Shown one piece after another: positions 43,405 to 52,456 of a DNA stretch of 55,890 nt. Made by a program: the position numbers and the translations under genes. The stretch covers positions 1 to 55,890 of IMG/VR virus record IMGVR_UViG_3300030095_004334. One strand, 5' to 3'. The stretch comes from a virus. Taxonomy: Duplodnaviria; Caudoviricetes. The number at the start of each line of letters is the position of its first letter. The first letter of the stretch is position 1. The notes beneath the pieces were generated by a model that was not told the origin of the DNA, did no database searches, and was given only the letters and a program-made list of their open reading frames with translations.

Positions 43405-43862
43405 GACCAAGGAACGTATTGAGTTTGTCCATTATTCTTAATAGCTTTTAAAGTACTCTTTCTCGGTTCACGGTCCTTGACCATTGAACAATGTATCCAC
43501 CCGGAACTAGGATCACCGTCATTATAAAATTCTAAAATTAATTGATCGTATTCGATGTTATCTCGAATCCACAAGCCAAGCTCTTGATTATCTACTCCAC
43601 CTATTTCAAAGTCAGCAGCTTCTCCTTTAGCATGCTGAGATCTAGAAGAAGAACCAATGGCTTCACAAAGATCCACGCTTCGATATCCAGATGACACAGT
43701 CACAGGCTTACCAAAATGATTTCTGATAGGTTGTAATAAAGTTTCAGCTACATGTTTTAAATTTTCTATGTGTTCATCTGTTGGTGTGTTGTCTATATTT
43801 TTTCTAATAGCTGTTTGAGATTTAGTCATCTCTGATAGTGTAAAGTTTTCTGATAGTTTCAT
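43401..43862 (-). CDS. Endolysin, peptidase M15A family (start refined to MKLSENF)
   Basis: SGYRS, SQHAKGEAAD, WIHCS zinc-binding motifs. Confidence 0.88.
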   Translation of the reverse strand: MKLSENFTLSEMTKSQTAIRKNIDNTPTDEHIENLKHVAETLLQPIRNHFGKPVTVSSGYRSVDLCEAIGSSSRSQHAKGEAADFEIGGVDNQELGLWIRDNIEYDQLILEFYNDGDPSSGWIHCSMVKDREPRKSTLKAIKNNGQTQYVPWS

Positions 43863-44083
43863 AACATCCCCAATAAAGTTTCTATAAACATTAATCCTAC
43901 AGCCCCCACTATAGATAATACAACCCAATAGATTTTGTCTATCTTGCCACCCAACTTATCAATATCTTCATGCATATGCTTAAGGTGATTATTTTTAATC
44001 TCATTAATCTCCTTTTTAACTCCTGTAATATGTCCGTGTAATGAAATAATATGTTCCCTTTGTGTTCTAGGTTCTATGGTCAT
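43859..44083 (-). CDS. Holin-like coiled-coil plus TM protein
   Basis: NNHLxH coiled coil, C-terminal TM; directly upstream of the endolysin. Confidence 0.55.
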   Translation of the reverse strand: MTIEPRTQREHIISLHGHITGVKKEINEIKNNHLKHMHEDIDKLGGKIDKIYWVVLSIVGAVGLMFIETLLGML

Positions 44084-47000
44084 AGTTTGCGTTCTATTTG
44101 TAAATTATTTGGATTAACTTGTAAACCACTAGTTGTTGTGTTTACATTAGGAATAGTCGATCCTGCTACTTGAGTTATTGTTGAAGGATCACTACTGATT
44201 TGTTGAAAGAAAGAAGTATCGTCAGCAGGTAGTTCTGTTGCTTCAAAAGGATTAGGAAAGTCAGGTAATGTTGCTAACCCTAAAGGCACATTATTATAAA
44301 AATTAAACATACTATTTATATAAATAGATGCAGGAAAATAAGGATTTGGTTTTCCTGCTTTTAATGCATTTTCTGCAAAAGTTCTTTTAACATTATCACT
44401 AATTTTTAAAGGTTTGAAAGATCCTAATTTTAAAGAACGTAATTCATTTTTAGCTCCACGATCATCAAAAGATTTATTCAAAGCAAATTGATCAGCACCT
44501 AATCTTATCGCTGCAAAATAATCTTTCATCATTTCTTGTTTAACTTTATATGCTTGAGCATTAGCTATTTTATATCTATCAATAATATCACTAGGACTTA
44601 TATCCCCACCTTTTAATAATTTAGATGTAAATTCTCTTCTTGAATTACGAATACCTCTTTGAAAGTCAGCGATCTTAAAATTAATAGCTCTTTCAGGTTC
44701 TACTTTAATTGCTCTAAATCCAACCAATCCTTGTAGTTCATCACCTAATTCGTAACTTCTACCATAGTCATCTGTTTCTCCTGATATACCTAAACCTATT
44801 CTTTTAAATTGTGCAATAGAACCAGGGGATTGAGACTTAACTAAATGATTTAAAATCGCACTTACTTTCTCACCCGGAGGAGTTTGATCTGTATAAAGAA
44901 CACTACCTTCTCTTGTCCTTCCTCCTCTTACTAGTATATCTGTTGCTGCCTCTGTCCAAATAGATTCACTAATAAAAGGACTAGCTATTTCTTTTGTTGA
45001 TTCAAACATACCTGATATAAAATCATTCATGATACCGTCTTCATCTGTTCTACCTTCTTGAACAGAATTAAGAACTGTTTGAATAGGTCGTATTAAAGTG
45101 TCATAAGCATTAGTACGAGAAAAATCTATATACTTTAATTCGTTTGTTTTTTTATCTCTGATAGGTATAAGAGTAGAATTTTTAGACCAACTAGGTACAT
45201 ATCTTCTTAAAGCTTCCATCTCTTCATCTGTTACATTATATAAAGCTTTTGCTCCCTCTACAGCAGCAAAAGGAACAGCAGTAGTGGTTGCTCCAAAACC
45301 AACTAATCTTTGTATACCTATATTTTTTAAAGGATTTACTACTTGACCATTCGCTAGTGTTTCTTGATAATTTATTTCTTTTAATGATCTTCTAACAATA
45401 TTAGTTCCTGTTCTCATAATTTCTGCTGGAAAAGATACAAAATTACCTAAAGGAAACTTTCTTAAACCTTTAACAAAATCACTAACATAAGCATAGTTAG
45501 GCACGTTGTTTCGTACAATATCTGCTGCTTCTTCATCTAATTGATCAGCAGTTCTTTTTATACCAAATTTTTTATAAGCTTTATCTAGTCTAGCTCTTTC
45601 AGAAATATAAGTTGTTATCTTCCAAAAATCATCTTCAGCAGTATAAAAGTCTTCACCAACTTTTTTAGCTTTAGATCCTATTTGTTGTAGTTTAGATAAA
45701 AAATTATTTGGATTTATATTTTCTCCTAAAAAATCTATTTCTTTAAAAAGTTTTCTAAGATCACCCACTTGAACATTAGAATTAACAACACCTAATTTTA
45801 ATAATTTATTATAAAAATCATTAAACTGCCCTGCTCCTTTTAAAGGTATTTGCAAAGATTTATAGGCATCTGCAAAAGCTTTTGTATTTGGTATAATACC
45901 ATTAGCAGCAGAAAAAGCTCCCGCACTAATAAAGTTACGAACGTGTGTCAAAGGTGATAAAATTGTTTTAGCTATTTGAGAAGTTGCTTTTGGAAAAAGA
46001 ATAAAATTATTTAAAGTATAACCAAGTGCTGTATCATTACTTATCAAAGAATTAGTTGCTCCTGTTACTGCATCAGCCATTCCTTTTGTGGTATATAATC
46101 CATCTAAAGGATTTGTTATTCCTGCTAATACAGAGTCAGGTGCTTGATCTTTAAAACTTATTTGTTTTAAATTATCACTACCAAAAACATCTAAGGCCTC
46201 GTCTTCATCTTCAAAAAACATTTTATATTTTTTCTTTGCTTGTGTTTCTGATAATCCTTCTCCACCTTCAGCAACAGGTTTTATTGCTTTTTTTACTAAT
46301 TCATCTGATTGTAATGCTAATGCTTGATAGTATTGATTATTTCTTGTTATTAGAGATAGTCTTTCTGTACCTCCTAATATAGTTAAACCTACATTATTTT
46401 GTTTACCAAAAAGTTCTTCCATAGATTCTTTAAAAGCAGGTGTTAAATCATCTAAAGAAACATAACCTGATTTATATTTACCAAAAGAATCTATATCATT
46501 AAGAACACTATTGGTTGCAAGAAACTTAGGTAATTTAAAAATAGCAGAAGGCGATCTTCTTTCACCCATTGCCAAAGATTTTTTATTGGGAAGTCTTGCT
46601 GATTTAATTATTTCATTAACATATTTTTCTGCTGTCTCAGAAGTTATTTTATTTCCTCCTAGCTCTGCTTGTTTTATTATTTCTAACTTCATTTTTTCTA
46701 TTAATTGTTTTGTTGGTCTATAATTTAACCAAGGTATTATAGATTTGTTTTGAAATATCTCATAATTAGAACCTAAAAAACTTTGAAACTTTTCTCCAAA
46801 AACTCCTTTAAATTCTTTAAAAGATTTTTCATCCATGTTTTTTCCTACAAAGCTAAACATTTTACCCCAACTACCTCTAACAGTATTCATTTGACCAAAT
46901 ATATTTTTAATACTATTAGTGTCAGCACCGAGTGATTTTAATTTTTTAAATAATTGTTGTGAAAGCTCTTTATCCATTTTACCAAAAACTATTTGACCTG

Positions 47001-47958
47001 AATCACTGACACCAGGTTTACCAGACAAAAGAACATCATTTAATTCTTTTAATAATTTTTTTCTTTCATTCTTTGCTGTTGAGTTAAATGCCGTTTTTAA
47101 AAAAGGAAACATCTTATCTATTTCTTTTGTAATTTCTCTTGATGTTTGTTGAGCTATAGCTACATCTGCTGCTCTGATTCCTTCAAATGCTCTTTCTACT
47201 TTAAAAAATTCAGGATCTTTTTGACTTCTTGCTCTAAATTTTCCTGCAAATTTATCTAAAAATTTATCACCAGCTTCATCGCTTCGAGCTAAGTTTTTAT
47301 TTCTTTTAGCTAGTTTTTTAATTGCTGCGCCTGTGCCTCCAATAACTCCAGAAAACAAAGCACCCTCTGTTCCAAACTTAATACGATTTAATATTTCTCT
47401 ACCCGGATCATAGTCTTTAGTTCTATCTAATTTAGTAGGACCCCCTAACATATCACCAAAAGTTCCTACTTTATCTACATCTCCTACAAACACACCTTCA
47501 GCCACACCTGAACCAAATGCTGCTATACCATATTTAGCAGCTTTTTCTTTTTTGTTAAATGTCGTGGCAAGCTTTCTAGCTTCTCTTAACTCCACAGGGC
47601 TTAATGCTTTTTTATCTAATGCGAAATATTTTTTTGCTTTCTTTCCTTTAATTGCAACGTTAGCAAGTTGAGCACCTTTTGTAAACGCAACAGCACCGGG
47701 AATACCAAGATTAACTAATGTTTCTGTTATCTTACCTGCTGTAGTTGCTTCTGCTGCTTCATCAAAAGGATTTATTTGATCAAAGAAAGCCTCTACTTTT
47801 GCAGCGTTATTGGTCCCCGCACCGAGGTCAATGAGGCTTGCTCCTAAAGATATAACACCTTCAGGTATCTTAATAAAACCAGACGCTACACCTGCTAGTA
47901 TAGATTGTATAGTTCCAACTTTATTTTCAGGCTCTTGATCGAAATTAAAATCAACCAT
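44080..47958 (-). CDS. Large internal virion/DNA-ejection protein
   Basis: 1292 aa helical protein with Gly/Ala-rich hydrophobic N-terminal region; last of the ejection cluster. Confidence 0.75.
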   Translation of the reverse strand: MVDFNFDQEPENKVGTIQSILAGVASGFIKIPEGVISLGASLIDLGAGTNNAAKVEAFFDQINPFDEAAEATTAGKITETLVNLGIPGAVAFTKGAQLANVAIKGKKAKKYFALDKKALSPVELREARKLATTFNKKEKAAKYGIAAFGSGVAEGVFVGDVDKVGTFGDMLGGPTKLDRTKDYDPGREILNRIKFGTEGALFSGVIGGTGAAIKKLAKRNKNLARSDEAGDKFLDKFAGKFRARSQKDPEFFKVERAFEGIRAADVAIAQQTSREITKEIDKMFPFLKTAFNSTAKNERKKLLKELNDVLLSGKPGVSDSGQIVFGKMDKELSQQLFKKLKSLGADTNSIKNIFGQMNTVRGSWGKMFSFVGKNMDEKSFKEFKGVFGEKFQSFLGSNYEIFQNKSIIPWLNYRPTKQLIEKMKLEIIKQAELGGNKITSETAEKYVNEIIKSARLPNKKSLAMGERRSPSAIFKLPKFLATNSVLNDIDSFGKYKSGYVSLDDLTPAFKESMEELFGKQNNVGLTILGGTERLSLITRNNQYYQALALQSDELVKKAIKPVAEGGEGLSETQAKKKYKMFFEDEDEALDVFGSDNLKQISFKDQAPDSVLAGITNPLDGLYTTKGMADAVTGATNSLISNDTALGYTLNNFILFPKATSQIAKTILSPLTHVRNFISAGAFSAANGIIPNTKAFADAYKSLQIPLKGAGQFNDFYNKLLKLGVVNSNVQVGDLRKLFKEIDFLGENINPNNFLSKLQQIGSKAKKVGEDFYTAEDDFWKITTYISERARLDKAYKKFGIKRTADQLDEEAADIVRNNVPNYAYVSDFVKGLRKFPLGNFVSFPAEIMRTGTNIVRRSLKEINYQETLANGQVVNPLKNIGIQRLVGFGATTTAVPFAAVEGAKALYNVTDEEMEALRRYVPSWSKNSTLIPIRDKKTNELKYIDFSRTNAYDTLIRPIQTVLNSVQEGRTDEDGIMNDFISGMFESTKEIASPFISESIWTEAATDILVRGGRTREGSVLYTDQTPPGEKVSAILNHLVKSQSPGSIAQFKRIGLGISGETDDYGRSYELGDELQGLVGFRAIKVEPERAINFKIADFQRGIRNSRREFTSKLLKGGDISPSDIIDRYKIANAQAYKVKQEMMKDYFAAIRLGADQFALNKSFDDRGAKNELRSLKLGSFKPLKISDNVKRTFAENALKAGKPNPYFPASIYINSMFNFYNNVPLGLATLPDFPNPFEATELPADDTSFFQQISSDPSTITQVAGSTIPNVNTTTSGLQVNPNNLQIERKL

Positions 47959-47967
47959 TTATCCTCC

Positions 47968-49140
47968 TCAAGATCTTAAATAATTATTAGCACTTTCAAA
48001 AGTATTAAATGTTTTTGATTGACCTGTTTCTTGATCTGCCACAATGTAATTTTGATTTACTGTATCAAAATAAATACTAGATTTATCTAAATTTGTTGTA
48101 ACTACTTCAAAACCATCTTCTGGTGTTTTACCTTTTGCTTTATATGGAAGTTGTTTAAGATCAGCACCATACCTTGTTTTTAAAGCTCTAAATTCAATAT
48201 GTCCGTCTCTATAAACTTGTTCGTGTAAAGTAGATGGTTCAAAGTTAGAACTGATAGTAGCTCTTACTGTAGATAAAGGTAACTCTTTTTGAAATTGACT
48301 TTGACCTCCTGCAAAAGCGATAGCGTCTTCTTCAGACATATTAGGATATTTATTTTTAATAAAAGCATAATCTTTTTGTTTATCTGTAGATGCTGTATCT
48401 GAAATATATTTTGAAACGGCAGCTTCTCTTGACTTTTGTTTTAAAGCGGTATCGTCTCCTGCCTCACCAGCAGCAGCAATAGCTCCACCATAATCTTCTT
48501 CTAAAATTTTAGGAGCAGCAGCAGTTAACATCTTAAATATTTTATCTTTAGTAGCATTATCTCCTAGCATAATTCTTTCAAAAGTTTTAGCGTCTGCGTC
48601 TATCAGATCTTCCATAGCATCAACATCTATTGCTTTATTATTATCTTGTACTTCAGGAGCATCTTTCTTTTCATCCATGGTTACTGTTTTATCTCCTTGT
48701 TGATTATCTTCTGATTGATCTATTTTAGGAGCTTCAGGAAGTTCTGTGGTTGTTTTATTAGGACCATATCTAAAAGTATCAAAGTCTTCTACTCCTACTC
48801 CAAAACCACTACCTGGTTGAAAAGGATCTAAATATTTAAAAGTAGGTTCACCACCAAAAAATATTTTTGCAAAATTACCTATGTCTGAACCAACATTTAC
48901 AACAGGAGAAACGGCACTTAAAGTAGGATCTACAATAAGTTTTTTAAAAGGAGATTGAGAAAATCCTGTACCTCCTCCTGTGGGTTGTGTTGTTTGTGTT
49001 GTTTTAGATTCGTCACCTGGAAATACAAATCCTGCAGTTTGATAATTTTGTCTTGGCATTAATCCAGACGTGATTCCTGTTCCACGGCTATCGACTTTAC
49101 CACCACGCCTAAACATAGGTCTGTTTAAAGTTCTACTCAT
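47968..49140 (-). CDS. Internal virion/ejection protein
   Basis: N-terminal LxRPMFRRGG motif; position. Confidence 0.65.
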   Translation of the reverse strand: MSRTLNRPMFRRGGKVDSRGTGITSGLMPRQNYQTAGFVFPGDESKTTQTTQPTGGGTGFSQSPFKKLIVDPTLSAVSPVVNVGSDIGNFAKIFFGGEPTFKYLDPFQPGSGFGVGVEDFDTFRYGPNKTTTELPEAPKIDQSEDNQQGDKTVTMDEKKDAPEVQDNNKAIDVDAMEDLIDADAKTFERIMLGDNATKDKIFKMLTAAAPKILEEDYGGAIAAAGEAGDDTALKQKSREAAVSKYISDTASTDKQKDYAFIKNKYPNMSEEDAIAFAGGQSQFQKELPLSTVRATISSNFEPSTLHEQVYRDGHIEFRALKTRYGADLKQLPYKAKGKTPEDGFEVVTTNLDKSSIYFDTVNQNYIVADQETGQSKTFNTFESANNYLRS

Positions 49141-49982
49141 TAACCAAACAATCCTAACTGACCACCGATACCTGCTATACCTGCACCCATTCCAAGAATT
49201 TGAGATAGTGGGCTAGGAGGAGGTGTTGATGTTGTGGAGTAACCTGCTTGTGCTGGATATCCACCTATTAATCCTGTTAATTGTTGACCAACAAATCCTA
49301 AGTTTTGTTGATCGGCAAAAGCTGCTTCTCTATCTGCTGCCGCTTGTGCATCGATAATAGCTTGTGCCTGTGCTTGTTGTTGCTGACCTAATTGACCAAC
49401 ACCGGTAATTTGTTGTTGTGCTAATTGTGGGGCTAGTTGAGCTAGTCCTTGTTGTTGTGTAGATAATGCTTGTTGATTAGCAAAAGCTTGTTGTGCTGCT
49501 TGTTGTGCTTGTGTAAATCCTTGTTGTCTTAATTGTGCTTCTAGTTGTGCTTTATTAAAAGCAGTAACAGCATCAAACTCACCTTCTTGAGCACCTTGTC
49601 TACCACCACCAAAAGCACCAAACTGAAATGCTTGATCACCAATTGCTGATCTTTGTGCTGCTCTTTCTCGTTCCAAAGCAGCAAGAGAAGCATCAATAAC
49701 TTCTTGTTGATAGGGTGACATAAAATCTTGAAAAGCTTGAGGACCTGTTAAAGTTTGAGCAGCAGTAGCATCGGTTGCTGCTTGATTTAAGAACGGTTCA
49801 AAAGAACCTAGACCACCTGCTAAAGTTCTAGCTTGTTGTTGTAAAGCTGTTTCGTCTGCTACAGTAGGTTGATAAGAACGTGTATCAATAGGTGTTCCTA
49901 ATTGTTTTGTTAATTTATCTACAAGTACCTCACCACCAGCTTCTATAAAAGGGGCAGGTCTTGTTATTGTTGTATCTACCAT
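49140..49982 (-). CDS. DNA pilot/ejection protein
   Basis: FMSPYQQEVID, GAFGGxR, Q/A-rich helices, Gly-rich hydrophobic C-terminus. Confidence 0.72.
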   Translation of the reverse strand: MVDTTITRPAPFIEAGGEVLVDKLTKQLGTPIDTRSYQPTVADETALQQQARTLAGGLGSFEPFLNQAATDATAAQTLTGPQAFQDFMSPYQQEVIDASLAALERERAAQRSAIGDQAFQFGAFGGGRQGAQEGEFDAVTAFNKAQLEAQLRQQGFTQAQQAAQQAFANQQALSTQQQGLAQLAPQLAQQQITGVGQLGQQQQAQAQAIIDAQAAADREAAFADQQNLGFVGQQLTGLIGGYPAQAGYSTTSTPPPSPLSQILGMGAGIAGIGGQLGLFG

Positions 49983-51241
49983 TATACTTTACTCTCTAAT
50001 TGATTCATTAATTGATACATTCTTTGTGCTCCTTTATTAACACTACCACCACCAGCAGCTCTAACGGCATCAGCCGTCATAACGAATTCATTTTTTGATA
50101 ATCTTGCGGGGACATCATCAGCTTTCTCTTTAGACCCCACAGGTATAAAGCCACCGCCCCTATAGTCCATTTCCATAGAAGGCATACCACCCATTTTTAA
50201 AGTTGCAAGTCCACCTTTTTTAGCACCAAAATATTGTCCTGATTCTCCACCCATCATTCTGTTATATATTTCCATAATTTCACTTGGTGACATTTGAGAA
50301 GTATTAACTCCCATTTGTATTAATTGTTGTTGCATTTTACCTAAACCACCACCAGCATTGTCTGCAACTTGCATTTCATTGGGATCTAATAAACTTTTTA
50401 CTCCTCCTGCAAAACTTCTATCGTCTTCATCTTCTAATTCACCCGGTAAATCTATTAAAGTATCAGCAGGATTTCCAGACTCAGTAGGCTTAGGATCAAG
50501 CATAGACATAAGTAATCTAGGAGGTATTTCTTCTTCTATAGATTCTTGTGTTAACATATCTATTATAGATTGACTAGTAGGGTCACCACCAAGAGCTAAT
50601 CCTACACGACCACCTTTATTATAACTTGGTCTATTGGCCACATAATCATCTATTTGTTGTTGTGAATATCCTGCGTTGGCAAGATAACTTCTTAAATAAC
50701 CTAAGTATTCAGATGTATTATATCCATCTTCTGAATTTTGATAAGCGTCTTGTGCAGCTTTTGCAGCATCGTAAATATCAAACCCTGCTCCCGCTGCTGC
50801 TTGTGTTCCTGCAGCTTTACCAACATCAAGTATTGATCCAAGTATTTTACCCTCTTCACCAGAAACACTTGGGTTTAAAAAGTCTCCAACTTTAGCTGTA
50901 AGCTCTTTACCTTCTGTGCCTACTTTTTGTAAAAATGTTTTATCTGCTGTTGGAGGGCCTTGTTTAATATCTGCAGAAGTTGGAAGAGTTTTAAATATTC
51001 CAGATAATGCAGCTTTTCTTAAATCTGTTTTACCTTCATTAACAGCACTGTCTGCTAATAGATTAGCAAAATATCCTCTAGCAAAATTACTCATAATTCC
51101 TGCACCACCAGGCACTAAAACAGATGCTAGGGGTCCTATAAAAGGTTTAATCTCATTAGGTACAATTCTTGAAATAACTTTGTTAACAGGTTTAAATACG
51201 TCTGATACTACGTCTTCTGCTTTTTTAAATACTTTACCCAT
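49982..51241 (-). CDS. Internal virion/ejection protein with GG repeats
   Basis: Amphipathic Lys-rich N-terminus; C-terminal GG..DDVPARLSKNEFV domain of the type seen in tape-measure/ejection proteins. Confidence 0.7.
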   Translation of the reverse strand: MGKVFKKAEDVVSDVFKPVNKVISRIVPNEIKPFIGPLASVLVPGGAGIMSNFARGYFANLLADSAVNEGKTDLRKAALSGIFKTLPTSADIKQGPPTADKTFLQKVGTEGKELTAKVGDFLNPSVSGEEGKILGSILDVGKAAGTQAAAGAGFDIYDAAKAAQDAYQNSEDGYNTSEYLGYLRSYLANAGYSQQQIDDYVANRPSYNKGGRVGLALGGDPTSQSIIDMLTQESIEEEIPPRLLMSMLDPKPTESGNPADTLIDLPGELEDEDDRSFAGGVKSLLDPNEMQVADNAGGGLGKMQQQLIQMGVNTSQMSPSEIMEIYNRMMGGESGQYFGAKKGGLATLKMGGMPSMEMDYRGGGFIPVGSKEKADDVPARLSKNEFVMTADAVRAAGGGSVNKGAQRMYQLMNQLESKV

Positions 51242-51705
51242 TAGGCGTAGTGTCCTTTTGTGTAGCGAATAGCCATTCTTTTAATTGTTTCATTGTCTGA
51301 CATTCTTAACCATTTCACAGGTTTATTATATCCTAATAATTTAGTAAAGTATTCTTTACTCCACTTCATCACCTTCTTAATATTGCCACAACATATAGTA
51401 TCTATATGCCAAGCTATCGTTCCACTGTTATAATCTTGAGGGTCTAAATCTGCTGTTTTCATAAATTTTTGTTCTGTTTCTTCATTTAAAAAAGCCCAAT
51501 TGGTAAAAGCAATTGGTAAATTATTTTCATAATGCACCTTGTATTGTCCTAATATAATGGATGGTAAAATATGTTGGAGCACGTCCTCGTACGTGTGGTC
51601 TTGATAGCGAGGAAAAGATTTATATAAACCACAAATCATGGCCATATCCCTTATTTTATCTGCATCTATCATAAACACATTACTTTTTTTTGCTTCAAAA
51701 ATCAA
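51241..51705 (-). CDS. RTX toxin-activating lysine acyltransferase (HlyC/TAAT family); start may be 51672 or 51645
   Basis: SxPxY...ILPxIxxGQY...PIAFxxWAxL..E.ExKF...DYNSG..WxID aligns with HlyC SPLH/NVLP/PVAYCSWA/DWTSG/WFID. Confidence 0.85.
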   Translation of the reverse strand: MIFEAKKSNVFMIDADKIRDMAMICGLYKSFPRYQDHTYEDVLQHILPSIILGQYKVHYENNLPIAFTNWAFLNEETEQKFMKTADLDPQDYNSGTIAWHIDTICCGNIKKVMKWSKEYFTKLLGYNKPVKWLRMSDNETIKRMAIRYTKGHYA

Positions 51706-51954
51706 CTATTCATCCTCAGATTTAGATATAACATCAGGCATTTTAGCGACCTTTATATTAACACTTCTAGAAATATCTTCTTGTTTTGTGTCTGTACTTG
51801 GGTCGTTAACATCGTCTTCTGCTTCTTTATCTGATGAATATTCTTTGTTAGTTTTAAGGTTTTTAACTGTTACTTCTGTTTCAATATCAATTTTTTCTAT
51901 AACTACACCATTGACTATTGTATCTACTTTACCTTTTTCTACAAATGATACCAT
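51706..51954 (-). CDS. Small acidic hypothetical protein
   Basis: GGAGG RBS; NxKTxxEYxSDxEAxxDVxDPxT. Confidence 0.7.
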   Translation of the reverse strand: MVSFVEKGKVDTIVNGVVIEKIDIETEVTVKNLKTNKEYSSDKEAEDDVNDPSTDTKQEDISRSVNIKVAKMPDVISKSEDE

Positions 51955-51962
51955 TTTACCTC

Positions 51963-52292
51963 CTACGTTGTTCTTGTCATTTCTAGTACAGATAATATGA
52001 CATGAAGTCTATTAGCTGTAGCTGCCGTGACTTTGATTATTTCTGTTTCTTCTACAACCAAAGGCTGTGAAAGAAGTTCTTTAGTGGCTTTTGCATCAAC
52101 TGCTTCTTCTTTGTAAACACTAAAAACATTACTACCATTAGTTATAGTAACTGTAAGAGTATCCGCACTAGCAGAATCATTTGATACAATAATTGATTTA
52201 ATTATACCTGTAGTCTCAGAGGGCACTGTATAAAGAGTTGTTATATCAGTACTAGTTAAATCTACTTTTTTGTTTAAATAATTATTGGCCAT
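51963..52292 (-). CDS. Virion structural protein (paralog of 3670..4017)
   Basis: LYTVP, IIKSIxVxN, LVxEE. Confidence 0.65.
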   Translation of the reverse strand: MANNYLNKKVDLTSTDITTLYTVPSETTGIIKSIIVSNDSASADTLTVTITNGSNVFSVYKEEAVDAKATKELLSQPLVVEETEIIKVTAATANRLHVILSVLEMTRTT

Positions 52293-52456
52293 TAACTAAA
52301 GAAGAAAGCAAAACGCTCTTCTTCCTCTCTTAAATTTTGTTGATATGTTGTATTGAGTTCTTCAATCAGTGCTGCAATACCTCTGTTAATTTGTCTTTGA
52401 TTAGATACTTCATAATTATCTTTAGGTTCCGGTATTCTTACTACTATTCTAGCCAT
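52292..52456 (-). CDS. 54-aa virion-module protein (not in ORF track)
   Basis: MARIVVRIPEPKDNYEVSNQRQINR...; TAATG overlaps on both sides. Confidence 0.75.
   Translation of the reverse strand: MARIVVRIPEPKDNYEVSNQRQINRGIAALIEELNTTYQQNLREEEERFAFFFS

Noticed and set aside
44080-51241. An RTX toxin as substrate for the HlyC-like gene
   Set aside because: No GGxGxDxUx nonapeptide repeats or type I secretion genes; the downstream proteins are virion ejection type
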